DNA of 64,000 nt from Gemmatimonadales bacterium UBA2988 (GTDB lineage Bacteria; Gemmatimonadota; Gemmatimonadetes; Longimicrobiales; Gaopeijiaceae): contig DEAG01000011.1 of assembly GCA_002346665.1 (NCBI GenBank), positions 6,589 to 70,588 of the forward strand, in the 5' to 3' direction. The translations under genes and the position numbers were made by a program. This document shows positions 9,010-18,370 of this stretch, in pieces (the stretch's first letter is position 1; each line of letters starts with the position of its first letter). The notes beneath the pieces were generated by a model, which had not been told where the DNA came from, ran no database searches, and saw nothing but the letters and a program-made list of their open reading frames with translations.

Positions 9010-9885
9010 CTAGGAATCTCCGCAGTTCTCATCACGCTCTGCCGTTACCATGACATGGAATCCCATACCGGCTAGCCCAGGCACCCGTTCGATGACTCGA
9101 TCGACCCGAATCAGAACGGAGGTTAGCGCCCGCGCAAAGGGCAGCACCTTGAGAATCGGTACGATATCTGGAAAGCCGGCCAAAGCGTATGCGAGATAAC
9201 CGAAGCGTCGGGACTCAAGTATGCGAAAACCGGCCGACCTTATACAGCGGTTGAATTCGTCCGAAGAGTATCCTTCATCGGCCTCTTCGAAACGGTTCGA
9301 GAGAACATACAGGCACCGCCTCGCAGTTCTTACCAGCCACGAGTCGTTGCACGGCTCGGACACCACCAGCCGCCCGCCTGGGCGCAGAACCCGACGCAAC
9401 TCACACAAAACAGCATCGAGGTTAGGCATGTGATGCAGTGACCCACGACACACGACAGAATCAAAATATTCGTCCTCGTACGGCAGCAATTCTGCGTCAG
9501 CCCGCACTATGGCGCCGAGCCTTACTCCAGGCGTCTCGCGACGTGCGGCCAGACGAAGCATATCGGGCGAAAGGTCAACCGCGTGCACCGACTCGAAATG
9601 GCTCGCCAGAGTCGACAGCATGACGCCCGTTCCACACCCACAGTCGAGGACACGGCCCGACACCGGATGTGTGGAAGCCAGGATTTCATCGTTCCAGTAC
9701 CGCTGGAAGAGAGCGGAGAATGCGGGTTTGTAGCGCCGCACGTACTCCGGAGCGAGGTGCTCGTGCAACTCAACCTCGCGCAACTTGTGTAGCCGCTCCG
9801 ACTCAGCGCGTCCTGCGGAATCAGACGTCGTCACAGCATCGGCAGCCGATGAGGGGTCTCGCGGACCCGATGTCCGGCTCTTCAA
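9010..9885 (-). CDS. class I SAM-dependent methyltransferase
   Basis: Motif I VLDCGCGTGVM, and later LRPGGRLVVSE. ATGA overlap with the upstream GT4 gene. Confidence 0.8.
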   Translation of the reverse strand: MKSRTSGPRDPSSAADAVTTSDSAGRAESERLHKLREVELHEHLAPEYVRRYKPAFSALFQRYWNDEILASTHPVSGRVLDCGCGTGVMLSTLASHFESVHAVDLSPDMLRLAARRETPGVRLGAIVRADAELLPYEDEYFDSVVCRGSLHHMPNLDAVLCELRRVLRPGGRLVVSEPCNDSWLVRTARRCLYVLSNRFEEADEGYSSDEFNRCIRSAGFRILESRRFGYLAYALAGFPDIVPILKVLPFARALTSVLIRVDRVIERVPGLAGMGFHVMVTAERDENCGDS

Positions 9886-11120
9886 CTCTTCGCCATCGAG
9901 CTGGCCTCGTCTGATGGATAAGTACCGGATGTCAGTTCAAAGAGGTCCCGGAACAACTCCAGGTACCGTGGACCCACGCTACGAATATCGTGCGACCTCC
10001 GCGCGAAGGCGCGGGCCCGCTCTCCCACAGCGCGGCGCTGCAGAGGGTCGGCTAACAATCCCACCATGTCTCGACTCAACTGGTCAAGTGTACGGCTGTG
10101 TAGACCCAGCCCTTCGCGACAGATGACTTCGTCGGGATCGCAAGCAAGCGTGACTACAGGCATTGCGGACGCCCAGGCCTCGATGAAGGTGTTAGGAAAA
10201 CCCTCTGTCTCCGACGTGTTCACAAGCAGAGCGGACCGAGCAAAAATACGGACGATGTCCACAGTACCAGATTGAAATAACTCTACATTCGGCAGTTCCG
10301 ATGCCTCCCGGCGTATTTGATCGTGGTACACCGGCTCGTCTCCAGGGCCCATGAGGATGATAAAAGGAACCTTCCGGTGTCGCCGGGCGAGTTCCAAGAG
10401 TAGATCCGGTCGCTTCAGCCTCGAGGCTCGCCCGATCCACAGGACTGAACCCCCGTCCTCGTCCGTTCGTCGGTCAATACTAAGAAACGATGACAGGTCG
10501 AGTCCTTGGGGGATAACCACAGAGCCCCTATGATAGTGGTGCCCCAGCATATCCTGTTGCCACTTCGTCTGTACCACTACACGATCGGCCTGGCGGAGCC
10601 CATGTGAGTAGGCGATTCGGTCGCGACCAGCAACCTTGAAGTGACGCTTCACTCGATCGGGGTCGACGTTCGTGTCGCTGGTCACCATAAACAACATCTT
10701 ACGATTGTTGAATCGGCGATACAGACCCACGATTCCGGTCAGGTATCCGGCCCCCGATTGCACGTAGACGTCCGCGTTCGCCCGCGCCATTGCGCCCCAG
10801 GTTCCAGTGAAACGCGGGTGAAGCGAGCGTAGACCGGGCAGCCCGCTGTCGGCTCGGTATGGAACGATAATCGGGACGGAAGGATCGAGCCCTGCGTCGA
10901 GCCAGTAGGCAGGTTCAATGCCGATCAGGTTAACACGTCGCTCTTGGGCCGCCAGCCAGTTGGCTAGAATGACCACGAGCCTCTCGGCACCCCCGTATTT
11001 CCACAGCCCACTAGCCCCTTTGCCAGCAGAAGGGCCTAGCGCCACGAAGCAGATTTGGGGATCGACCTGGTTACGTCCGCCAGTTCCCCCGACTCCAGTC
11101 CAACTCACCACCGGCGGCAC
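9882..11120 (-). CDS. GT4-family (GT-B) glycosyltransferase
   Basis: C-terminal donor-binding block NTSETEGFPNTFIEAWASAMPVVT (E-x7-E type). Confidence 0.8.
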   Translation of the reverse strand: MPPVVSWTGVGGTGGRNQVDPQICFVALGPSAGKGASGLWKYGGAERLVVILANWLAAQERRVNLIGIEPAYWLDAGLDPSVPIIVPYRADSGLPGLRSLHPRFTGTWGAMARANADVYVQSGAGYLTGIVGLYRRFNNRKMLFMVTSDTNVDPDRVKRHFKVAGRDRIAYSHGLRQADRVVVQTKWQQDMLGHHYHRGSVVIPQGLDLSSFLSIDRRTDEDGGSVLWIGRASRLKRPDLLLELARRHRKVPFIILMGPGDEPVYHDQIRREASELPNVELFQSGTVDIVRIFARSALLVNTSETEGFPNTFIEAWASAMPVVTLACDPDEVICREGLGLHSRTLDQLSRDMVGLLADPLQRRAVGERARAFARRSHDIRSVGPRYLELFRDLFELTSGTYPSDEASSMAKS

Positions 11121-11162
11121 GCTACCCGCGACGAACTGAACCCCTCACCTCAACACCTCGCC

Positions 11163-12047
11163 CTAGGGTCGGCGTACGGCAACATCATCGGCAGCCCTCC
11201 GGTTGACCAGATCTGCGAGGAGCCCGATCGCCAGTACGTGAATGCCTCCCATAATCAACAACACGGAGAGTTCGGCCACGTTCTGGTTCTGCACAATATC
11301 GAACGCCAGTTTGGCAGCCCCGACCACGAACAGGACTATGCTGATCGGGAAAAACACCTTCAGCGGGTTCACATATATGACCATACGAACGATCTGGAAG
11401 AGAAGGCGCTTGGTGTCGAGAATCGGGTGAATCTTTGATTTTCCGAACCTCTTGTGATAATCGATCGGCACATACTCTACGCCTGCTCCCGACTGCATCA
11501 TGGCTAGAGTAATGGTCGTGCTGAAGGAGAACCCCGAGGGGAGCAATCTAAACAACCGCAGAGCGTCCTCTCTATGAAAAACCCGTAGTCCCGAGTTCAG
11601 ATCCGGGATCTTCGCATCCGCCAGGTAATTGGCCAACCGGAGCAGCAATAGCTTGGGAAGTCTACGGAGAAACGGGATGTTGACGTTAGCGCCTATCCTG
11701 GCTCCGACCACCATGGCGACGCCGTCAAGCTTGGCGAGAAGAGTCGGGATTACGTCACACGGATAGGTCCCATCCGCGTCGATCGTGACGATCACGTTTG
11801 AACGCGCGATACGAATCCCAGTCTTCAGAGCCTCGCCGTAGCCGCGACGGAAGGAATGCTGGTAGAGCGTGACCCCAGACTCCCTGGCTATCTCCGCCGT
11901 TCGGTCTGTCGAGGAATCGTCGACGACCACGATCTCGAAGCGGTGGGGAGTGTCGGCCATGGCAGCCTTAACATCTGCCAGAACCTGGCCGATACCAGCT
12001 TCCTCATTGTGGGCGGGAACGACGATGGTGACGTCCTTTTGCATCAC
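11163..12047 (-). CDS. GT2 polyprenyl-phosphate glycosyltransferase (GtrB/ArnC-like)
   Basis: VTIVVPAHNEEAGIGQVL, IVVVDDSSTDRTAEIA and TIDADGTYP, plus two C-terminal TM helices (FFPISIVLFVVGAAKLAF, VLLIMGGIHVLAIGLLADLV). Confidence 0.85.
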   Translation of the reverse strand: MMQKDVTIVVPAHNEEAGIGQVLADVKAAMADTPHRFEIVVVDDSSTDRTAEIARESGVTLYQHSFRRGYGEALKTGIRIARSNVIVTIDADGTYPCDVIPTLLAKLDGVAMVVGARIGANVNIPFLRRLPKLLLLRLANYLADAKIPDLNSGLRVFHREDALRLFRLLPSGFSFSTTITLAMMQSGAGVEYVPIDYHKRFGKSKIHPILDTKRLLFQIVRMVIYVNPLKVFFPISIVLFVVGAAKLAFDIVQNQNVAELSVLLIMGGIHVLAIGLLADLVNRRAADDVAVRRP

Positions 12048-12072
12048 TAACCTCGGACTTCAAAGGAAGCAC

Positions 12073-13287
12073 TCAGTCGCTAATCACTTCGTGCAGGACC
12101 TCCAACAAATAGTCTATATCCTGGGGGGCCAGATACTGGTGGCAACCAACATAGAACCCATTGCCGTTTACCCAATCTGCTACCGGATAGTCGTCCACGT
12201 CGATCTGAAACAGGCGTTGATAAACCGGCTGGTTCAAGAGCGGCAGCATGTCCCGAGTCTCTACGCCACGCTTCTCAAGTCCATTCACTACTCTGGACTT
12301 CTCCTCATCACGAAGGACAATGGGGTACATCATGAATGCGTGATCACACCCCGGTCGTATCCGCGGAAGCTGGATGCGATCCTCCAAGTCACGGAGGCCG
12401 TCCGTGATCCGAGCGGCGTTGGCTGCCCTCTGCTGAATCGCGACCTCAATCTTCTCCAGCTGTGCCAGCCCAAGCGCCGCTTCGAGTTCGGTCGCCCGAT
12501 AGCTGTAGCCTACGGAATTGAACCTGAAGCGCCGGGCAACAATATCCTGAAGCTCTTGGTCCGACACGTCATCGTCATCGTCAATTGAGAGGTAGCTGGG
12601 GTCCCGACCATGATTGAGTAGCGAGCGAATCTTGACCATGTAGTCGTAGTTCGAGGTCGTATTCAGCCCCCCCACACCAGTAACCAGCAAATGTGCTATA
12701 TAGGTCGAAAAACAACCTATGTCACCCATGCTGCCCACCGGCTCACCACGGTAGCGGGCAAACATCGTCTCACAGGAATCCTCTATGACCTTGAGGTCAT
12801 ATCTAGCAGCAACATCGCGGATCGGATCCATCTCACAGGGCAAGCCGAAGAGATGCACAGGTATTATCGCACGTGTCCGGGTGGTGATCTTACCTTCGAG
12901 CAGAGCTGGATCCAACTCGTAATACTCTCGCTCGACGTCTACGAAGACCGGCTTCATCTGGTTATGGATAACTATGTTGGACGTAGCAACGAACGTGACT
13001 GCCGGCACCACGACCTCATCGCCGTCCGACCAACCGTGGATCTCCTTGAGAGCGTGGAGGGCAAGCTGCAGTGCGCTCGTTCCACTGTTGCTCATGACCC
13101 CGTGCGCCGCCCCTTGCATCTCAGCGAAGCGTTGCTCGAACTCGCGCATGAACGGTCCATAAGACAATCGGCCAGTGTCCAGAACCCGGCCGACGTATTC
13201 CCTCTCTGCCTCGCCGATCTCGATACCACCAACGCAGATTTTAGGCTGGCCCTCGGATACGACGCTCTCTTCCTGCCTATCCCCCAA
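12073..13287 (-). CDS. DegT/DnrJ/EryC1/StrS-family PLP-dependent sugar aminotransferase
   Basis: GAAHGVMSNSGTSALQLAL, VVVPAVTFVATSN and the typical fold-type I layout, 404 aa. Confidence 0.85.
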   Translation of the reverse strand: MGDRQEESVVSEGQPKICVGGIEIGEAEREYVGRVLDTGRLSYGPFMREFEQRFAEMQGAAHGVMSNSGTSALQLALHALKEIHGWSDGDEVVVPAVTFVATSNIVIHNQMKPVFVDVEREYYELDPALLEGKITTRTRAIIPVHLFGLPCEMDPIRDVAARYDLKVIEDSCETMFARYRGEPVGSMGDIGCFSTYIAHLLVTGVGGLNTTSNYDYMVKIRSLLNHGRDPSYLSIDDDDDVSDQELQDIVARRFRFNSVGYSYRATELEAALGLAQLEKIEVAIQQRAANAARITDGLRDLEDRIQLPRIRPGCDHAFMMYPIVLRDEEKSRVVNGLEKRGVETRDMLPLLNQPVYQRLFQIDVDDYPVADWVNGNGFYVGCHQYLAPQDIDYLLEVLHEVISD

Positions 13288-13382
13288 TCCAAACTCCTTT
13301 CCAAATATGCTCGCAGGGACTACCGCTCACTCCTACAAAGGTCATCCGGACTACTCCCGACCATGCAGTCATCGTGTCCTAA

Positions 13383-14798
13383 CTACACTGCCAGCGCCGG
13401 CTTCACCGCTTCAGCTTGGAATAGCCTTCGATACATAGCTGACTGAAACAGAAGATCGGGGTCATAGCGTTGCTTGAGTGCCTCGAATTCTCTCCAACGA
13501 GGGAACATCTGCTGGAAATGGTCGACGGTCAACATTTCGTCTTTCGCCAAATATGATCGGCCGCCAGCTTCAAGCACCAGTTCGGTCATTCTGTAGAACA
13601 ATTCTGCCTCCTCGGCCTTCCCGCCGGCGTTCAGGGGAAGATCAATCCCGATCGAACAACCGTCGACCGAATAGCTCAGCATAGACTCGTCCGCCCGGTG
13701 GCTCTTAATCGCTGTCAGATGCGACGGCCGTCCGTTCTGCTGCGTCAGCTCGATGAGCTTTCGCATCGTCCGAGCGCATGAATCAAAAGGGATGACAGGC
13801 TCGAGCTCGAGATAGCCGCGCGGCGTAAAGAGGACTCGCCAATTCGGTATCATATCCAGAAGAAAGGTGAACTCGAAGTAATTCTGGACATAGGGACTGC
13901 GTCTCGTGCTGACTTTGTCGGTATGGAATTTCACAGTATTGACCGCGCTCATGAGCGTGTTCCCGAAGAACGGCTTGAGCATCGGCCACACCCAAGTACG
14001 GGGGAAAACCCCGAGAATGTAAGGGGAGATGTATCCTAGGATCTCACTTTTGGCACTCCGCGACGGCCTCTCAATGAAGCGACTCGTATGAATAGTACCC
14101 CGACCGAGATCAGCCCCCCGAGAGAAGCAATCCACCCACCCAATGTGGAAATCCGTCGTTGACCGAACTGCCTCGAAATCCTCCAGCATGCTCTCCAGGT
14201 TGGGCACGGTCCACTTGCTTACTTCCAGGTATGGGGACGGGATCCGCTTGCACTGCAGAACGATCTCGAGGAATATGCCTAGCAAACCCAGACCGCCAAT
14301 GGCGGCGAAAAATAGCTCCTGGTTCTCAGTCCGACTGCATTGGTATACCCGCCCATTACCAGCCAGCAGTTTGAACGCCACGACAGAGTCGCCGAGATTC
14401 CCCTCGTTCCACGCATTCTTGCCGTGGACGTTGTTTGCCACTGCACCGCCCAACGTTGGGTGTCGGATTCCGGGAACGGACGAGACCACCCAGTTGTCCT
14501 GCAGACAAACCTGTAGTGCCTGCTCGAATGTCACCCCCGGCTCTACTGTCATTTGACCGGTAGCCGGATCCCAGGCAAGGATCCGATTCATGTGGGTGAG
14601 GTCGATGACGACCCCGTCGGGGTTCAGGATGACGTCTCCGTAGCTGTATCCGGCCCCGCGCAAAGTCACGGAAAGGCTACGTCGACGCGCTTCCTCCAGA
14701 ACCAGGTCTATTTCCGCCCGACTCGATACCCTCGCCACATATGACAAGGCATGGGACGTCAATGTCCACCCTGAGGTCCGCTCGTAGCTAAGCACCAA
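13383..14798 (-). CDS. FAD-linked oxidase, DprE1-like (polyprenyl-phospho-sugar 2'-oxidase family)
   Basis: LRGAGYSYGD, GGAVANNVHGKN, LFFAAIGGLGLLGI and a C-terminal GGRSYLAKDEMLT...DPDLLFQSAMYRRL all parallel DprE1 blocks. Start trimmed to TTG 14798 or GTG 14795, just inside the upstream stop (14788). Confidence 0.7.
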   Translation of the reverse strand: MVLSYERTSGWTLTSHALSYVARVSSRAEIDLVLEEARRRSLSVTLRGAGYSYGDVILNPDGVVIDLTHMNRILAWDPATGQMTVEPGVTFEQALQVCLQDNWVVSSVPGIRHPTLGGAVANNVHGKNAWNEGNLGDSVVAFKLLAGNGRVYQCSRTENQELFFAAIGGLGLLGIFLEIVLQCKRIPSPYLEVSKWTVPNLESMLEDFEAVRSTTDFHIGWVDCFSRGADLGRGTIHTSRFIERPSRSAKSEILGYISPYILGVFPRTWVWPMLKPFFGNTLMSAVNTVKFHTDKVSTRRSPYVQNYFEFTFLLDMIPNWRVLFTPRGYLELEPVIPFDSCARTMRKLIELTQQNGRPSHLTAIKSHRADESMLSYSVDGCSIGIDLPLNAGGKAEEAELFYRMTELVLEAGGRSYLAKDEMLTVDHFQQMFPRWREFEALKQRYDPDLLFQSAMYRRLFQAEAVKPALAV

Positions 14799-15681
14799 CC
14801 ATCCTGAGGAAGTTTCGGCCCAAGATGCCCTCCCGTTCTCTATCGGTAATCTTGAGCCGCTCGATCCATCCCTTAATAACACCGTAGTCATAGACGCCGG
14901 TAGCACTCGAGAAGCCATAGGGACTATCGGTGCCGTAGAAACATTTCTCGGGACCTACTGCCGCAACAGCGATCCGCACAAAGCGCTCGCTAAGATGCGG
15001 ACTCGAGAGATCGATGTAGGCGTTCGCATGATCACGGACGAGAGGCCACATCTCCTTGAAAAAGGGCATGCCCGCGTGAGCAAAAATGATGCGCAGCCGT
15101 GGGTAGGTCTCTGCGAGCCACTGATACGCCCCCTGCGCCCCGAACCCCAAGTGAATCAGCAATGGCAATCCCAACTCCTCGGCACGCTGCGCAATCCCCG
15201 ACAACTCTCTCATAGGGTAATGATGCCAATAGGGATGCACCTTAACACCGATCATGCCCGGCACCGCCCTCCAGCGTTCCAAGTCCTCGATCACGTTGGG
15301 GTTGTCTCTCGGAGTCAGGAATATCCAGCCCCAGAACCGCTCCGGCATCTTCTCCAAGGCCGCGGCCACACTCTCGTTGTCCGGTTCAGTGGACTTGATG
15401 TACCCTTGTCGCCCTTGGGTGAACGGGCGCCACAAGGGACGGAGCGCGCCGTACTCATCGTAGAACGTTGTGCTCACGGCAGCGGCCGCCGGCCGAAGCA
15501 GCGAAGAGTTCATCATTGTGCGCTGCACAGCCAGAAGCACCGCAGATTTCTCCGGCTCCACCGTCTCTGTGATCCTGGGAATGAGCACGACCCTGTCGAT
15601 GCCTTCCTCGTCCATTTTACCGGACAGCATCTCCAGGCTGAGAACTCGCTCGTCAAGATGGGCGTGACAGTCAACTACCAT
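14788..15681 (-). CDS. amidohydrolase-superfamily metal-dependent hydrolase (TIM barrel)
   Basis: N-terminal VVDCHAHL, then FAHAGMP and YGTDSPY, a metal-ligand pattern typical of amidohydrolase_2-like proteins. Confidence 0.7.
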   Translation of the reverse strand: MVVDCHAHLDERVLSLEMLSGKMDEEGIDRVVLIPRITETVEPEKSAVLLAVQRTMMNSSLLRPAAAAVSTTFYDEYGALRPLWRPFTQGRQGYIKSTEPDNESVAAALEKMPERFWGWIFLTPRDNPNVIEDLERWRAVPGMIGVKVHPYWHHYPMRELSGIAQRAEELGLPLLIHLGFGAQGAYQWLAETYPRLRIIFAHAGMPFFKEMWPLVRDHANAYIDLSSPHLSERFVRIAVAAVGPEKCFYGTDSPYGFSSATGVYDYGVIKGWIERLKITDREREGILGRNFLRMVGA

Positions 15682-15724
15682 ATATCACCTCGGAATCGGG
15701 AGTCCGATCGCACACTCGATCACC

Positions 15725-16474
15725 TTACTCGTCTTTGTCCGTAAATGCCCCAGCCACAATCCGTGAAAAAATAGCATCGGGCAGGATCCGCATGGCCTCG
15801 AGTATAAGTCGGAGCAGGCGTGGCATGGTGACGCTAAGCGCACGCCGGTCGACGGCGGCAAGAATGCGGTACACCGCCTGTTCACTCGTCAGTCTGAACC
15901 AGCTCGATGACCCTGAACCCATCCCCGTATCCACTGCCCCGAGATGAATGGTAGTGAACGTGATGCCATCTCGGCTGTATCTCCCTCTGAGAGCCTCAAA
16001 AGCTCGAGTGAGAGCTGCTTTGCTGGCACAATATGCAATCCACCGCGCGTCACCTCGAAACGCCGCGAGGGAAGAGATTGCAACGAAGTGCCCCGCTCCT
16101 CGCTCCCGAAAGTTGGACATGAATATGTCCACCCACCTCATGGCTCCGAAGAGGTTTACCCGGACCACCTCCTCAAATCCGTCGCTTGTGAACGGACTGC
16201 CAAGGCGCTCCGGGTTGATTCCGGCGTTCAGAATAACCACGTCGGGGCGGAATCCGGACTCCTCCATCCTCGCCGCAGTGGAGCGCACCTGCTCATCTTG
16301 CTCCACGTCGCAAACGGAAAAGGAGAAACAGTCCTTGCCAAGGGTCTTCTGCAACTCTAGCAGATGGTCTTCTCGGCGAGCGATACCCCACACTCGGTGC
16401 CCGCGCCGAACGAGCTCCCGCACCATTCCGCGCCCAATTCCCGAAGAGACCCCCGTAACGAAATAGCTTGGCAC
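15725..16474 (-). CDS. short-chain dehydrogenase/reductase, DprE2-like
   Basis: VTGVSSGIGRG (TGxxxGxG), YCASKAAL (YxxxK) and the tail MRILPDAIFSRI resembling the DprE2 C-terminus. Start trimmed to GTG 16474, preceded by GGAGAAAGGAAATC. Confidence 0.7.
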   Translation of the reverse strand: MPSYFVTGVSSGIGRGMVRELVRRGHRVWGIARREDHLLELQKTLGKDCFSFSVCDVEQDEQVRSTAARMEESGFRPDVVILNAGINPERLGSPFTSDGFEEVVRVNLFGAMRWVDIFMSNFRERGAGHFVAISSLAAFRGDARWIAYCASKAALTRAFEALRGRYSRDGITFTTIHLGAVDTGMGSGSSSWFRLTSEQAVYRILAAVDRRALSVTMPRLLRLILEAMRILPDAIFSRIVAGAFTDKDE

Positions 16475-16544
16475 GATTTCCTTTCTCCGGATCAACCCTA
16501 CTGATCTAGCCCCATTATAGTTAGCCAAGTAGTTCTCAAGAACA

Positions 16545-17300
16545 TTACCTCGCAGACGTATCGGGCGAAGCCAACACCCTGACCGCCATGCGCTGCACAC
16601 GCCGCAGGAATATATGGAACAGTGTGTTGGCTACTGAGAGAAGGTTTGGGATCGTAAAGGCCTTCGAGGCCCCGCGTTCCCGATCACTGTTAGCTACTTG
16701 CACTTCCACCACGGAAATGCCTTCGTCCAAAAGTCGGCACAGCAACTCTGCCTGATAGCCAAATCCTGCGGTCTCCGCAAACCACATCCGAACGTTGTCA
16801 GTCTTGTGCAAAACCGGCCCGTTGTAGTACCGGATATCATGACCACTCAACAGGTTCACTAGGAACGTAAACGTTAGGCTGAGAATTCTGCGTGGAATGG
16901 TCCTGGTCTCGCTGAGGCCGAAGTACGGTACGACAGCGTCGGCCTCACCGACGTGGGAAAGGATCGAAGCAATGGCCTCGGAGGGCTCAGCTGCGTCGCC
17001 GTTGACGAGCATGAAGTTCTCGCAGGATGCGCGCTGTGCAGCGATGAAGTAGTTCCTACCCAGACCTCGGCAAAAACGATTCCTGATCAAGTTTAGCCGC
17101 ACGTCTGGATAGCGCTCGATACGCCCAAGAACCTCCCGCACAGTACCGTCACTCGATGCATCGTCAACAACGATGATTTCGTACGGAAAGCGCAAGTCGC
17201 GCATTACCTGGACGATGTTGTCAACCGTAAGACCCACATTACGCTCCTCGTTTAAACAAGGAACGAAGAGGGTGACGGATTCTTCTTCCACTTCTCGCAT
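16545..17300 (-). CDS. GT2 glycosyltransferase, polyprenyl-phosphate sugar synthase-like, no C-terminal TM
   Basis: VTLFVPCLNEERNVGLTV, IIVVDDASSDGTV and VNGDAAEP. Start trimmed to ATG 17300 (MREVEEES), 8 nt after the upstream stop. Confidence 0.8.
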   Translation of the reverse strand: MREVEEESVTLFVPCLNEERNVGLTVDNIVQVMRDLRFPYEIIVVDDASSDGTVREVLGRIERYPDVRLNLIRNRFCRGLGRNYFIAAQRASCENFMLVNGDAAEPSEAIASILSHVGEADAVVPYFGLSETRTIPRRILSLTFTFLVNLLSGHDIRYYNGPVLHKTDNVRMWFAETAGFGYQAELLCRLLDEGISVVEVQVANSDRERGASKAFTIPNLLSVANTLFHIFLRRVQRMAVRVLASPDTSAR

Positions 17301-17307
17301 AGCCACC

Positions 17308-17802
17308 TTAACCAGCCAGGCCGTCGCCCATCGTACGGCCCAGGAACCTCGCCCAACGAGCCATACGTACACCTTTAACCGTCAGATCGACACGGTCCTT
17401 TGAGACTAGCAAGAGTCCACTTTCACCCATGAGCCGAAGGCGATCCTCGAAGCGCGAAGATGAGGTGTATTCATCTAAAAGCGTTCCGAAAACAACGGTG
17501 TGTCCAGGCTCGACAAGTAGTCTCGCTACAAGAGTCAAGGATACCGACCGGGCAACACCCGCATAGACGAATAGATAGAGCACCACCAGTAAGAAATCGA
17601 TCGACACCACCGCAAAGATCTCGGGAAGGAGGCCGCCCACCAGTAGCACTGTGAACAGTGAAATCACCACACCCATCGCTGCCATACCACTCAGAAGTCC
17701 GATTCGCGGAGATCCTGAGGGTAAAATCCGCCAGACCGCGACATGGGTGATGAAGAAGATCCCCATTCCGGTAGTCACCGACAAAGCGATATCGACGCTC
17801 AT
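17308..17802 (-). CDS. small membrane protein: 3 predicted TM helices plus a C-terminal winged-helix-like domain (paralog A)
   Basis: Hydrophobic helices at about residues 5-25, 34-56 and 59-82, then RSVSLTLVARLL...GLLLVSKDRVDLTVKG. AGGAA 5 nt upstream of the ATG. Confidence 0.6.
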   Translation of the reverse strand: MSVDIALSVTTGMGIFFITHVAVWRILPSGSPRIGLLSGMAAMGVVISLFTVLLVGGLLPEIFAVVSIDFLLVVLYLFVYAGVARSVSLTLVARLLVEPGHTVVFGTLLDEYTSSSRFEDRLRLMGESGLLLVSKDRVDLTVKGVRMARWARFLGRTMGDGLAG

Positions 17803-17809
17803 GAGGTTC

Positions 17810-18370
17810 CTACCCGACCACCTCTAGACGGAGGAGCCTTCGCATCCCGTAACCTACGTGGGCCACGAGCCTGCCAACCGAGGTGAGTGGCCCGATTTGA
17901 TCAGCAGTGCACCGTATCAGACCAATTCGCTCCAGTCCCTCTATACGCTTGGAAAGTAGCCCCCTAACACCCATGCCTTCGCCATAGCCAGACTTCAGGT
18001 CCTCAAAACCAGCTCCGCCATCTAGCTCGAGAAGATCGACGAGGATTCTCAGCGAATACCCTCGTGAGAGCAACGATCGAACTTCCACGTACACCAGCCA
18101 ACCGGCTGCGTACAAAGCGACAACACCAGTCCTCAAACTGACCAATTCATCCCCCGGCCAGCCCATCTGAGCTGTGGCTTCCCAAAGGACACCGACACCG
18201 ATGACGCCGAACACGAGGAGAGACGCAGCGGCCGGGCCGGGACCATTGACACGTAAGGTACGATTCATCAGCACCTGCCATCCCCGCTGTAATGCTATGA
18301 CCCCGATCAAGGTCGCTAGAACAACGAACGGGGTCACCACCATACGCGCCAACTCTGTGAGCTGAATCAC
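17810..18370 (-). CDS. small membrane protein: 3 predicted TM helices plus a C-terminal winged-helix-like domain (paralog B)
   Basis: Same architecture as 17308..17802: RGYSLRILVDLLEL...IEGLERIGLIRCTADQIGPLTSVG. GTGA overlap with the upstream ADH stop. Confidence 0.6.
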   Translation of the reverse strand: MIQLTELARMVVTPFVVLATLIGVIALQRGWQVLMNRTLRVNGPGPAAASLLVFGVIGVGVLWEATAQMGWPGDELVSLRTGVVALYAAGWLVYVEVRSLLSRGYSLRILVDLLELDGGAGFEDLKSGYGEGMGVRGLLSKRIEGLERIGLIRCTADQIGPLTSVGRLVAHVGYGMRRLLRLEVVG

